Positions 1-10,570 of a stretch of DNA of 64,000 nucleotides are shown one piece after another. The notes under the pieces are model-generated. The model was not told the origin of the DNA and made no database searches. It saw only the letters and a program-made list of their open reading frames with translations. The stretch lies in the NCBI RefSeq assembly GCF_009914755.1, contig NC_060932.1; one strand, 5' to 3'. Position 1 is the stretch's first letter. The number at the start of each line of letters is the position of its first letter. Made by a program: the position numbers and the translations under genes. Source of the DNA: the human T2T-CHM13v2.0 reference genome, Homo sapiens.

Positions 1-71
1 TACGAGTTGATTACCATACAATAAGTCAAAATTTTGACTTGGGTTTCACTGGGATAACATTGATAAATTTG

Positions 72-418
72 AAGGGCTACATTCTTTCCTAAGGCTCTAG
101 GGGAGAATCTTTTTCTTTGTGATTCCTACTTCTAGAGACTGCCCACATGACTTGGCTCATGGCCCCTTCTGTCTGGCATCAAAGCCAGCAACGGCAGCTC
201 CAGTCTTTTCTCATTGCATCATTCTGACCTTCTGCTTCCCCTCTCACTTATAAGGACCCCTGTGATTACATTAGGCCACTGGTAATCCAGGATAATCTCC
301 CCAACTCAAGACTCTTAATTCCACCTGCAAAGTCTCTTTTGCCATGTAAGGTAATACATTCGTAGCTTCCAGGAATCAGACACAGCCACCTCGGGGGAAC
401 CATTATTCTGCCTATCAC
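72..418 (-). mobile_element. MLT1D-like MaLR solo LTR (partial)
   Basis: The reverse complement begins GTGATAGGCAGAATAATGG... and contains CCTTACATGGCAAAAGAGACTTTGCAG, matching the MLT1D 5' end. Confidence 0.75.
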
Positions 419-1619
419 TTTCCAATGAGGACACATCCAATCAGCTCCTTTAAACTAACTGTTCCTCTCTCCTCCCTCTCGCTCCAGTTGTTTTGCAACC
501 AGCTGTGTCGAGGGCACAGTGTTGGAGGGAAAGAAAGAGGGACTAATAGACTGGGAAAGCAGGAGCAGGCTACATTAAGGGCTTGACTCCATCTCAGAAA
601 TCACCAGCCCCTGGGTGAAGTCAGGCTGAATCAGTCTCTAATTCATTTCATCTAGCACGATATTGGAAGTCTGGGCAGTAGTAGCTGGGTGCAGCGAGGC
701 ATGCAGTCCTGCTTTGGAGGCAGGAAGCCCTGACAATGTAGATTTAAAAGGAGGGTCAAAAAATTCAAACTCTTTTACAGAGATGTAATATTGGAGCCTG
801 GAAAGCCAGATATCGAGCCTAGATCAGTGTGCAGAATCAATAGCCTCCGGCCAACAACTGGCAGGGATTCCTCTTTTTCCATCATCCTCTGCTTAGTAAG
901 ATTCTTAGAGTCCATATGAGGACAGTGCAACTTAGAGACCTAGAGAGAAGTATGGAAAATACATGGAGGCTGGCAGAGTTCCCAAACTATACAGAAACTA
1001 TAAAAAGGCTCTTAAAAACCTCCTGAGATTTTTTAGTATGAAGGGACCAAAAAAAGAAATGGCTAGTAAGTAACATACTCATTGTCTCCAAGTCAAGCTT
1101 TATCACACAGAGCACGTGGACAAGTCATTTCCTCTGTCTGAACCTCAGTTTCTCCTCTAAATAATGAGGGGTTTATATAGAGCTCTGTGTCTGTGTTTGA
1201 CAATTGCCATTTTCTCGGCATAAAGTGTGTTTAGCCTGTTCTCCGTGGCTGCCTTCAGGTAGATGCCAGACATCGCCTTTTCCTACAGCACCAGCCTCAC
1301 TCCTGCTGACACCCACTGCCTGTGCAGAGCTTTTCACGGTGTGCCATTAGGGCCACGCGACACAGTGACAGGCAGGAGCTGGTTCAGAGAGTTAGCTGAA
1401 TGTGCTCTTGACTCCACGTTCACATTGGTAGCTAGACGATGGCCATGGTGGCCTATGTACACCATAGAAATGGGCAAACACTGCAAAGCGGGGATTTCCC
1501 TACCATCACCTGAGCCCATTTAGCAGAACCCACCCACTGGATAGCCCTTCTGCTTCTGCTGGTACCACTCCTGGAAGCAGGAAAGCAGCATCAAGAATAC
1601 AGGCCATAGAGTCCATCAC

Positions 1620-1775
1620 CCAGTGTTCAAATCCTGATTTGCCATTTTCTACCTGGACTACATTAGACCTTATGTAACAGTGCTTTATATTAGATAAGGT
1701 TGCTATGAGGATCAAATGTATGTAAACACTCAGCCTGATACCAGGTGCATCGCAACCTCTCAGTAAGCGTGCTCC
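1620..1775 (+). mobile_element. MIR fragment
   Basis: gttcaaatcctg...gttgctatgaggatcaaatg...gtaaacactcagc..., MIR-like 5' and 3' parts. Confidence 0.55.
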
Positions 1776-2619
1776 TTCTGTTCTGTTAGGATTAGTGAGA
1801 TTATTGAGGAGTTTTACCAACACTGTTGTGAAAGAAAATACCTCTCTTCCATTTGTATTTTGCATGTCAGATGGGGGATCAATGAAGAACTCCTGTGTGC
1901 CAGTAATTTACAGAGTTTGAAGGGAAACCCTGATTTCAATAATCTGGATTTCTTCCTTCCCCAGCCATCAGGATTCAGAGAACAGTCTGTGGTGGGCTGG
2001 GTTGGGAGGTAGATGTAAAGGGAAGTATCGTGTGGTTCTCAGAGTCATTCCTATTCAACAACCTCTAAGGCTTTCTTACTAGACTAAGCTTATTTGTCCC
2101 TTTGTCTCTTCCCTTAGGATCACTTTTTTCCCCTAAAGCCTCCTCAATCCTATAAGAAAAGAGACATGAGTGGGCAACCCTACCAAGATTTATACAGGCA
2201 GCTCCCAGAATGTGCTGGAGATCCTGACACCAACACTGGGATTTTGAGCCCATAAATAAATAAAACAATCTCTGTTCTCAGGAGGCATATGTGCCCAGGG
2301 TTACTCCATCCTTACTGAGAATTATGCAAGAGAAATTCAGGTTAAATTGTATCTTAATGGACTGAAGTTCTACATAAAGAGCCATCTTCTCAAAATGAAA
2401 GCCATATGATAGGAATTCTAGAGGGAAACAGGGTCCTTTCAAAAGTAACTTTACAGTCAGAAAAATAATTCTTGTTTTGCAGAATAGTGATGTTGGAGAA
2501 TGGCAAATATATGGCATGAGTGCTTAATCTTCCCATGGGTGCTCAAGGGAGACACACCTAATTGATCACAGCCCTCTCTCTCCTGGAGCTTATAAGTAGC
2601 CTCAAAACACTTCTCAATG

Positions 2620-2757
2620 AAGCATTCTAGGCAGCCATTGTCAATCAATCAGAGTGGCATGTGATATTAAAATATATTTGCCATCCTCAGTTTAGATGAA
2701 ATGGGGGAATGGACGAGATGTTATGATGAGGTCCTTTCTAATCCTAGGGTTCCATAA
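2620..2757 (+). mobile_element. CR1/L3-like or MIR3 3' end fragment
   Basis: ggaatggacgagatg...gaggtcctttctaatcctagggttccat resembles the shared L3/MIR3 3' tail. Confidence 0.4.
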
Positions 2758-3989
2758 CAGTCGATGATAGCATCAATCTAACACTGTATCCTCAAACTGC
2801 TATTGCCAGATCTGGATAAATACCACAATTAACTGGTGAAATACACTTGCAATGTCTAGTGAAGATAACCTGTTCTTTCTAGTAGAGTTTTGATTTTCCT
2901 CTGCATATCATGAGATCTCTATTTGCCCCATATTTTCTGCTGATGAAATATTATTGATGGTGGCGGTGATGGTGATTATTATTAAGACTATCAATAATAA
3001 TAAGAAGTCACCCTATATTTCCTAGTAATAACATGAAGATGATTACTTAGCTTGCAAACGTATACGATTCATCTTCTACCTCTCTCTTCTTGATCTCCCT
3101 AAAGCACCAATCCCATTACTGGGTAGCTTTTTAAAGTGATATTTCAGTTCTTCACATGTGTCAATCAGAAAGCTAAGGGCTCATTTTTGCACTGATATCT
3201 GTCAATTCAGTTCTGAGAAAAAGATACGGCTCCCCATTACCAGTGGGTAAACACATGGAAAGAAGCACTAACCTTTCATTCTTTGCATTCATACTGACCC
3301 GTATTTGCTAGACACCTTCTCTCTGTTCAACTTTCAGCTTGTGACCTTTCTAGTGTTTGTCTGTTTATTTCACAGTTGACAAAACCAAAACCCAAACTAA
3401 GAAAGTGAGGCCAAGTCTGCACAGGAAGTCAGTGTCAGAGCACAACTAAAACCCAGATCTCCTGGCTGCTGTGTGCAACTTTAACCTCAGGCCAATTGTT
3501 TTTCATTACATCACACTTGCCAGTGAGATGAAATCTACCTTTGGATTGAAAAGTTGGGCGTTCTGATTAAATCAGATCTAGTTCTCAGTTACGAATTGAG
3601 TTCATCTGTTTTGAAAAAGTCACTGTGTGTTAGCTAACTCTGGAGGCTGTGCAGGTCAGGGCGTTTTCACTGTGGAGCAGATCCCCAGCTACAGATGGAC
3701 GTCTACATGTCTGTATTTGCATTCCCTCCCACACACAAATACCCAGCACAGCACACACTTGTTAATTTAATTTATGTATAAACATAACCTGCCAAATTTT
3801 GAGATGATGGATGATTTAGGGCTTTAATAAATCCACCATTGAATGAGCCCAAGAAATTGTCTAGTGTCAGCTTTTCACTAAATGCAATTAGTCAGGTGGA
3901 AATATTACAGATATAAAAAATAATCTTCAGCGGAATTTCATAAATTTGGTAGAAAACACAGAATCTAGGAAAGCTGCTTGTTTAGAAAG

Positions 3990-4113
3990 TGAAAAAAGAA
4001 CGTGGGAGAAAGCAAAGAAGGAAGAGAGTGAAGAAGAAGGAAAAGGAAGAGGAGGAGGAGAAGGAGAAAGGAAGAGGGGAGAGAGAAATAAATATTGAGA
4101 GAGAGAGAGAAAG
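3990..4113. repeat. GA-rich low-complexity tract
   Basis: Runs of gaa/gga/gag read directly. Confidence 0.9.
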
Positions 4114-4529
4114 ACAATGTCACCTGCTCTTGCAATTCCATCACTCTTTTCTGTGTACACAATGCAAGCTTGCTATTCTTTGCAGATCTTTTGCCCTGCA
4201 TACATTTGGCAGTGAAGATGGAATGACAGCTCCTCTTTTTGGTGTCTGTACTGCCTTGCTTTCACACTTCTTCATTTCCCCTGCAGTCATCTGTGAGGAG
4301 GTTCAGACAAGTTCCCAAAAGAGACAAAGTGAACAATGAGTAGAGTTGGCCTCTGGAGCTTTAGGATCCACATTGGCAAACTGCACTCGCTACTAGAAGT
4401 CATCCTGCTCTTCTCAGATGGTGCCTGTTCTCCTTGTCTTCTCCAGTATTGCTCCAGCCTCCGGAGCATTGGTTTCAGGTCCCGAATAGAGCCAGGGCTG
4501 GGAGAAATAATCCCATCAATAGGATCTTC

Positions 4530-4635
4530 TTGAGAACAGGGGATGTGTCTTACACATTACCAGGTCAGCAGTGGCCGGTCCAGGACTTGGCACGTAATAG
4601 GTTCTCAATGAATATCTGTTGGATGAATGAATGGT
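4530..4635 (+). mobile_element. L2 3' end fragment
   Basis: cttggcacgtaataggttctcaatgaatatctgttggatgaatgaatg is the typical L2 3' terminus. Confidence 0.7.
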
Positions 4636-4949
4636 TTTGACTTTCCTCATCTCATCTAAGTTGAGAAAAGATTCACTAGGATATTATAAATAAGTTCTTA
4701 AGGAGGCGTATTCCATCTCTGCCAGAAAGTGCTCTATTCTTAAAGAGTAAACAGAAAGAGAGTAACTTAATTCAGAACCTTTATTTTCTAATAATGAAAC
4801 TGTAAGCTCTGGTGGAGCACGTTCTTGAGCTCATTCTTGAAGCTGAGCTGCAAAGTAAGGTGAACCCTAAGCTAAGTTGATTAGAGTTTGTGCTTTACTG
4901 TGTGATGTTTGTTTTCATTGCTTGGTCCTGTGATACAAATATGCCTGAA

Positions 4950-5140
4950 AGACAATATGGCACGGTGGTTAACATAGAAACCAGCTTAACTCATTTAACC
5001 TTTTGTGCCTCAGTTTCCTCATAGAGGGCAATAGTACTTACATTATATTATTGTTGGTGAAGATTAGCTGAGCTGATCTTGGCAGAGCACTTTGAACAGA
5101 GCCTGGAACATAGTAACTACTGTGTAAGAAGGATCTATTA
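4950..5140 (+). mobile_element. MIR
   Basis: tatggcacggtggttaa...tttaaccttttgtgcctcagtttcctcat...gtgaagattag...gcactttgaacagagcctggaacatagtaa. Confidence 0.75.
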
Positions 5141-7341
5141 TGATGCTTTGATTGAAGAAAAGACAAAAAAGAATGAGCTATTATTTTTCTTAGACCTCAT
5201 CCTATAAGACTATGAAATGGGAATAGTAAACAACCCCCGTGCCCCATTTCTTGTTTGTATGATATTGATACTAAGCACAACATAGTAAGTGCTGTGTCTG
5301 AAATAGGGGTCCTATTTGGTGGTTTGGGCAGACGCTGACATTTGTGTTTTTTAAATCTACCACTGGAAATTAGCCTAATGGGGAAGAACGTGTGAGGAGC
5401 ATTCACATCAGGAGAAAGACTGCCATCAGAAAGGAAACAGAGATGCCCATGCAGTCATCCAGATTCTGAGTCACTGAGTGTGGGGGAGAAAATTTCAATA
5501 GCAATAAATAGAATTTGGTGCATAAACTGTGATTTGAGCAGCAAGTCCTGCAGTATAGTTGGGGCTGGCTTTTAAACTTAATTATGCACATGTGTCTCCG
5601 GCAGAGTTTATTGAATCATATGGTGTAAACCATAAACAAACACTAAAAACCTGGCTGGGTTGACGGCTACAAGCTACAAAATGATCTTTAAAGATCAAAT
5701 ATTTATTCCAAAATCCCAGGAGCCAACCTCTCTGCATTAAAGTCAAAAGCAAGTGATCCATTCTTCCTCAACAGTAGCTTATGAATCTTCTTCCTGATTG
5801 GAATATGTACAAACAAATTATGGTCCCCTGAGTGCCACGCTGCACGGAGGAGCCAATTTGGGTGACACACAAAATGCATAATCTAAAGGATTAGTAAATT
5901 GCCTTGGCAGTGAATTATCTCTGCAGAGCTTGACATAAATCAACCTCGTGATGCGCCATTCAGGGAATGTAAAAGCCTGGGCTCCCCAATAGTTTTCTGG
6001 ATTCCCTCTGGCAGGGCCTCATTAGGCCTGGGATGGCTGATACGCTCAGCAGGGTGGCTTCTGAGGGTGGCTAATGGGAAAAAGAATGCAGACATTCCAT
6101 CCTCTGCCTACTACAAACAATCTCATGATTAGCTGCAAAACCCAGGCCTCCTCATTTCTCAGGGAAGAGAAGCCTATACTGTGTTCCTCAACCCCACTCC
6201 AAAGATGCTGCCTCATTGCTGATTTCCATTCCATTTGGGATCTGAAATGCAAGCTGTTATCACCAAGCTTTGCTGCAATTCTGGGTTGCTCCTCAGAACG
6301 TTTGTTCCTTTTTTTTTTTCCTTTTATGGAGCAATTCACAAACCAGCTCAAAGTTCATAACTCTGCCTGTGGCTGGCTGGTGGCTTTGCCTGTGTGTTTT
6401 TACAATAGTTATATATGTATGCACATATACATATTGAAGCATAAGTATAAATATCTGTGTGTTATGGCCCATGAGAGGGAAGCTTCCTTCCTGCAGGGAG
6501 TTTGAGCTATCTGCAAATGACCACCTGGCCCTGTTCATCTTCCAAGACCTTGCAAGTCCAATCAAGCCTCACAGATAAGGAACGTATTATAAAGATACAT
6601 ACATGTCAAGATGCTGATGCAAGCTATATCAGGGACAGCAAAAATAAAGAATAAATAAATAATCATCGGAAGATTCTGCTTGAGGAAGTTGTCTATGATG
6701 GTTTTGAAGCATATTTGCTGGATGTCCTCTGCTTATATAGTGAACAAAAAATCATATTTTTATTGCTAATGTTGTTAAGACCATCGTTTCCTTGACCCTA
6801 ATCCTGGTTTTCTTTGTTTCCTTCGATGTGACTTTGTGTTCCCTAAATAGATATTGCCAACTGAGGTGCTGGGGGCCGTGTGCACTTGGAAAACAGATTT
6901 TGTTTACTACCACCTATAGCTTTTTGTGAAGAGTCAATATTTCAACTTAGAAAGATTTGTTACTTCTCTTGCAAAATAAATCAGAAGATTGGGTCCTCAT
7001 TGCACCATGGAATACTGCTGTCCCACTGTGTGGCAGGAGCGAGGTCATTCTGGGGAGAATCTCAGCTTCAAAACATCCAGATATCCTCACATCTCCCTCT
7101 GCCCCAGATCTTCTCCTGTTCCCCAGTGGAGCTATTCACACTCCAGGTCATCTTTGAGGCTTGTGGGAGTTACTTCAGCTCTCATACCTCTGCAGCCAAG
7201 GAAGACCTGGGACAAAGAAGATCTGGGACCTCTTGTACTGCCAGGCCCAGTGGCCATCCTTTAGGCCTCCTGGACTTTGACAGTTCTTTGGCATAAGGCA
7301 ACCCAAGCTAACTGGATAATATCCAGACCCAGGAGCCAGAA

Positions 7342-7747
7342 TGTGCTGGTCCATTTTTGTATTACTATAAAGGAATAGTTCAGACTGGGTAATTTATAAA
7401 GAAAATAGGTTTAGTTTACTCACGGTTCTGCAGGATGTATAGAAAGCATGGCACCAGCATCTGCTCCTGTTGAGGGTCTCAACTATAATCATGGCAGAAG
7501 GCAAAGGGGAGAAGCTGCATCATGTGGCAAGAGACAACAAGAGAGAGGGGAGGTGCCGTGCTCTTTTAAACAACCAGATCTCATGTGAACCACTAGAGAG
7601 ATAACTCACCACCAAGGAGATAGCACTAAGCCACTTATGAGGGATCCACCTCCATGATCCAATTACCTCCCACTAGGCCCCACCTCCAACACTGGAAATT
7701 ACATTTCAACATGAGATCTGGAGAAGACAAACATCTAAACTATATCA
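7342..7747 (-). mobile_element. MST (MSTB-like) MaLR solo LTR inserted in the Gypsy integrase relic
   Basis: TG...CA ends; gactgggtaatttataaagaaaa and catgagatctggagaagacaaacatctaaactatatca; 5-bp TSD CAGAA/CAGAG. Confidence 0.85.
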
Positions 7748-10119
7748 CAGAGTAAGAGGATGGAGAAGAAATACCAGCTCTGGGGCCTCCTTCCCCTAGA
7801 GAGATTCAGGAGATCTAGCAACCCTAACAGAGGAGATCCTGCATGGGCTAAGGTAAGCACCTGAGTACAATGTTACCTTTATGGGGCATAGAGACACCTT
7901 GGAGGATGCTGGGAAGCAGGGATGCTAAGGATTTCTGATGTCAGGGAGGGGCCTTGCCCAAGAGCATGAGGCTCCCACACTTCACCGTGGATGGTCACGG
8001 GCAGTCCACCAGCAGTCTACAAGGCCTATAGTGACTTTGTGGATTCTCTGTATTTTTACGCCAGAACCGTCTCCTTAAACACAAGGTAAAATTGCTCTCT
8101 TTTCCCATTTCCTAAACATTCAGGATGTGGTTACCTGTTCCTTGCCTACCTCCCCTCGCGTGCCTCGCAACTTATATGGATGTGAGAATATTCTGTAAGA
8201 TGTCCTCCCGGAAGTGCTATGCTTAACCTGCACACTGGTTCTTGTTCGTTCCTTCTGCTGCAACCCTTTGTAGATGAGGCCCCTTGTCTCCAAGCACTGT
8301 CAAGCTGCCTGATTGTGGACTAAAGCTTTGAGTGTGGACACTGGTTTGGGAGAATATTAACCAGAGTCCTTTAGGTTTTTATCTACAACTTAACACTCAG
8401 AGAGAGATGAGCACTAGAGTTTTTTAATATGGTTCTAATAAAATACACTTAGCACTAAGCCTCCGCATCACTGATGGCATGGTCTCGCTCACTGCATTCT
8501 GGCATGGTACATAACTTTCGGAGCAACAGTGCTCTGCTTCATTGCCACCTTCTCACATTTTCTACCACCATAGGGCACTTTGTCCTGGAAGTTTGTCAGT
8601 ACCAAAATGATCTGAGTGCCGCTCAGAAAGTCCTGCAGAATAACTGTTGGTGGCTGAAGGCCAGGAGGAGTTGTACTGTGATAGGCTATAGCCACGCTGT
8701 AGCGTGAGGCGAGAGATGCTGCCTGACTCTCAGGCTCATGCTAAAGGAGTAAAGAGATGAAGAAACTCATCACTGCCTCCTGAAGGGACGGCCACTTGGA
8801 CTTCTTTAAGATGATGGCACCTGTGCCCTTTGACCCTGGCCCCTCCCTTTGGCTTATCTCCTCTCCGTAAAGCTTTGTTCAGAAACTCTTATTCCTGGCC
8901 AAGACCCTGAAGAATCTGAATATGTGGTGGAAGAGATGCTAGATTCCTACTGGTGGCTAGCCAGGTCCAGCAACCAGTTTCCCCAGCAATCAAACAGACC
9001 AGAACCAGAGCTCTGGAAGTCTTCCTTGCACACCCATAACATGCCAGAGTGCACTAGAGATTTTCCTGGAGCAAATCCAAAAAAACTGAATTCTGCTGCA
9101 TCCAGGGGAACTGGTGAAGTGCTGGGAGATGTGGTGGTGGGAATACCATTTGAATCTGAGCATGAGCAGTTGTATCTGTGTTTACATTGCTCAAGAAGCT
9201 TCTCCAGTGTTCACATTTCAACCTTCACCTTTACACGCCCTCCTTTTACCTGGTTTCCCCAACACAGCCTATCCCAACCAGCATAAGTTCATTTGAGATA
9301 AGGGGTCACTGAAAGGAATGTTTACCAGCTCTGTCTTGATTACTCTTGGTGGTAGGAGGATCCATCCTTGCTCCCCAAGCCCTATCTTGGCAGGCAAGTA
9401 CCCTCGGCTTGCTCCTTGCCATTCTTTTGTTAATTGAAGCCACTAATGGCTTGATGTTGAGCGTCCTCTCAGCCGCTTGCCCACTGTCTGGCCAAGGTGC
9501 TAAAGGACAGAGAAATCCCCCGCAGCAGGCCGCAGGCAGAAGCAGCTGCTGCGGCGAGGAGGTGGGTAATCTACAAATGATTGCAAGCCAGTGAATAAGC
9601 ACACATTGATTATGCTCATTTCACTACCAGTGGAACTGCCTATGGGGAGGATGGGCTAGGGGAAAAATTGATGAGCTGGTTAATGTGGCTTATTGGCGAG
9701 ACAGTTTTAACACCATGTGGCTTTAAGAGTCCTGTTTAAAAAAAATTAATGTGGAGATTGCATTCTAATGGGTCTGAGTTCATACGCAGCGAGTTGCAAA
9801 TACGTGTCTCTAGGGGCAGTTCTTACATTAGGCTCTTTGTTCCGAAATCCTTTGGGGTGGAAGAGGGTAACGTATCATATTGAACATTTGTTAAGTGCCA
9901 CTGGTGTTGTGCACACACTGTGTAGAGGATGCAGCCAGGTGGGATGTGTGGATCCTGAGTGCTGAACAGGTAACAGTAACGAGATGTCCTAACTTGGAAG
10001 CTGAGATGTGGGGAAGACAAGGGTTGATGAATGAGATGGATGCTAAATAGAACTCTGAAGGGGAAATCAAACCCTATTAGAGGTAGAGAAGACTTAGATG
10101 GTATTGAATGTATCAAGAG

Positions 10120-10570
10120 AAACAGAGACCGAGGGCAAGAGGAAAGAATGAAAGAACAAAAGGAAGGAAGGAAGGAAAAAGAAAAGAAAAGAAAGAGTGA
10201 GAAAGAGAAAGGAAAGGAAAAGAGGGAAGGGAAGAAAGAAAAGCGGGACAGAAAGAGAGAGAGATAGGGAGGGAGGGAAGGAAGAAAGAAAGGCAGGCAA
10301 GTGAGCCAGAGAGAAGAAAAGAAGGATGGATGGAAGGAAGGAAGGAAGGAAAGAGAAAGGGAAGAAAGCAAAGAGGGAAAGAGAGACAGAGGGAGGGAGG
10401 GAAGGAGAGGGAGGAGGGAGGAAAGGAAAGAAAGGCAAGCAAGTGAGCTAAAGAGAAGAAAAGGATGGATGGATGGAAGGAAGGAAGAAAGAAAGGAAGT
10501 AATGAAGGAGGGAAGGAAGTTAGTTTAGTTAAGGGGGGAGAGAAAGGGAGGAAAGAAGGGGAAGGAAAGT
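10120..10570. repeat. Purine-rich (GGAA/GAAA/GGAT) simple repeat
   Basis: About 450 bp of near-pure purine on the + strand. Confidence 0.95.

Larger units (their letters stand above)
3656..9135 (+). mobile_element. Highly decayed Ty3/Gypsy (Metaviridae, Sushi/chromovirus-like) retrotransposon internal region; gag-pol fossil
   Basis: Collinear + strand motifs across frames. Gag-like: RFHCGADP...YPAQHTLVNLI (3662-3775) and LLPCIHLAVKME*QL (4188-4232). Zn knuckle: YC/QPPEHWFQVPNR (4447-4490). RT: MHNLKD**IALAVNYL (5874-5921), FRECKSLGSPIVFW (5959-6000), HPLPTTNNLM (6098-6127), LISQGREAYTVFLNP (6151-6195), IPFGI*NASCYHQALL (6228-6275), FMEQF (6323-6337). Integrase: GAIHTPGHL*...GRPGTKKIWDLL...WPSFR (7128-7265), LPHFTVDGHGQSTS (7972-8013), P*TQGKI (8073-8093). 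Chromodomain: EYVVEEMLDS (8918-8947). Confidence 0.72.

Noticed and set aside
680-725. Alu/7SL-like short stretch (agctgggtgcagcgaggcatgc...tttggaggc)
   Set aside because: Too short and divergent to call.
5320-5600. Possible aspartic protease relic (WADADICVF; IVG/WLLNL) at the expected position
   Set aside because: No D-S/T-G motif. Too degenerate to call on its own, though positionally consistent with the Gypsy fossil.
6465-6890. Possible RT-linker/RNase H remnants (EREASFLQGV*AICK, DADAS, FLRCDFVF, ILPTEVLGAVCTW)
   Set aside because: Suggestive but individually weak, with irregular spacing. Not used as primary evidence.
9823-10528. Several long ORFs (up to 182 aa) rich in S/F/L/P or K/E/R/G
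   Set aside because: Translations of the purine-rich simple repeat.
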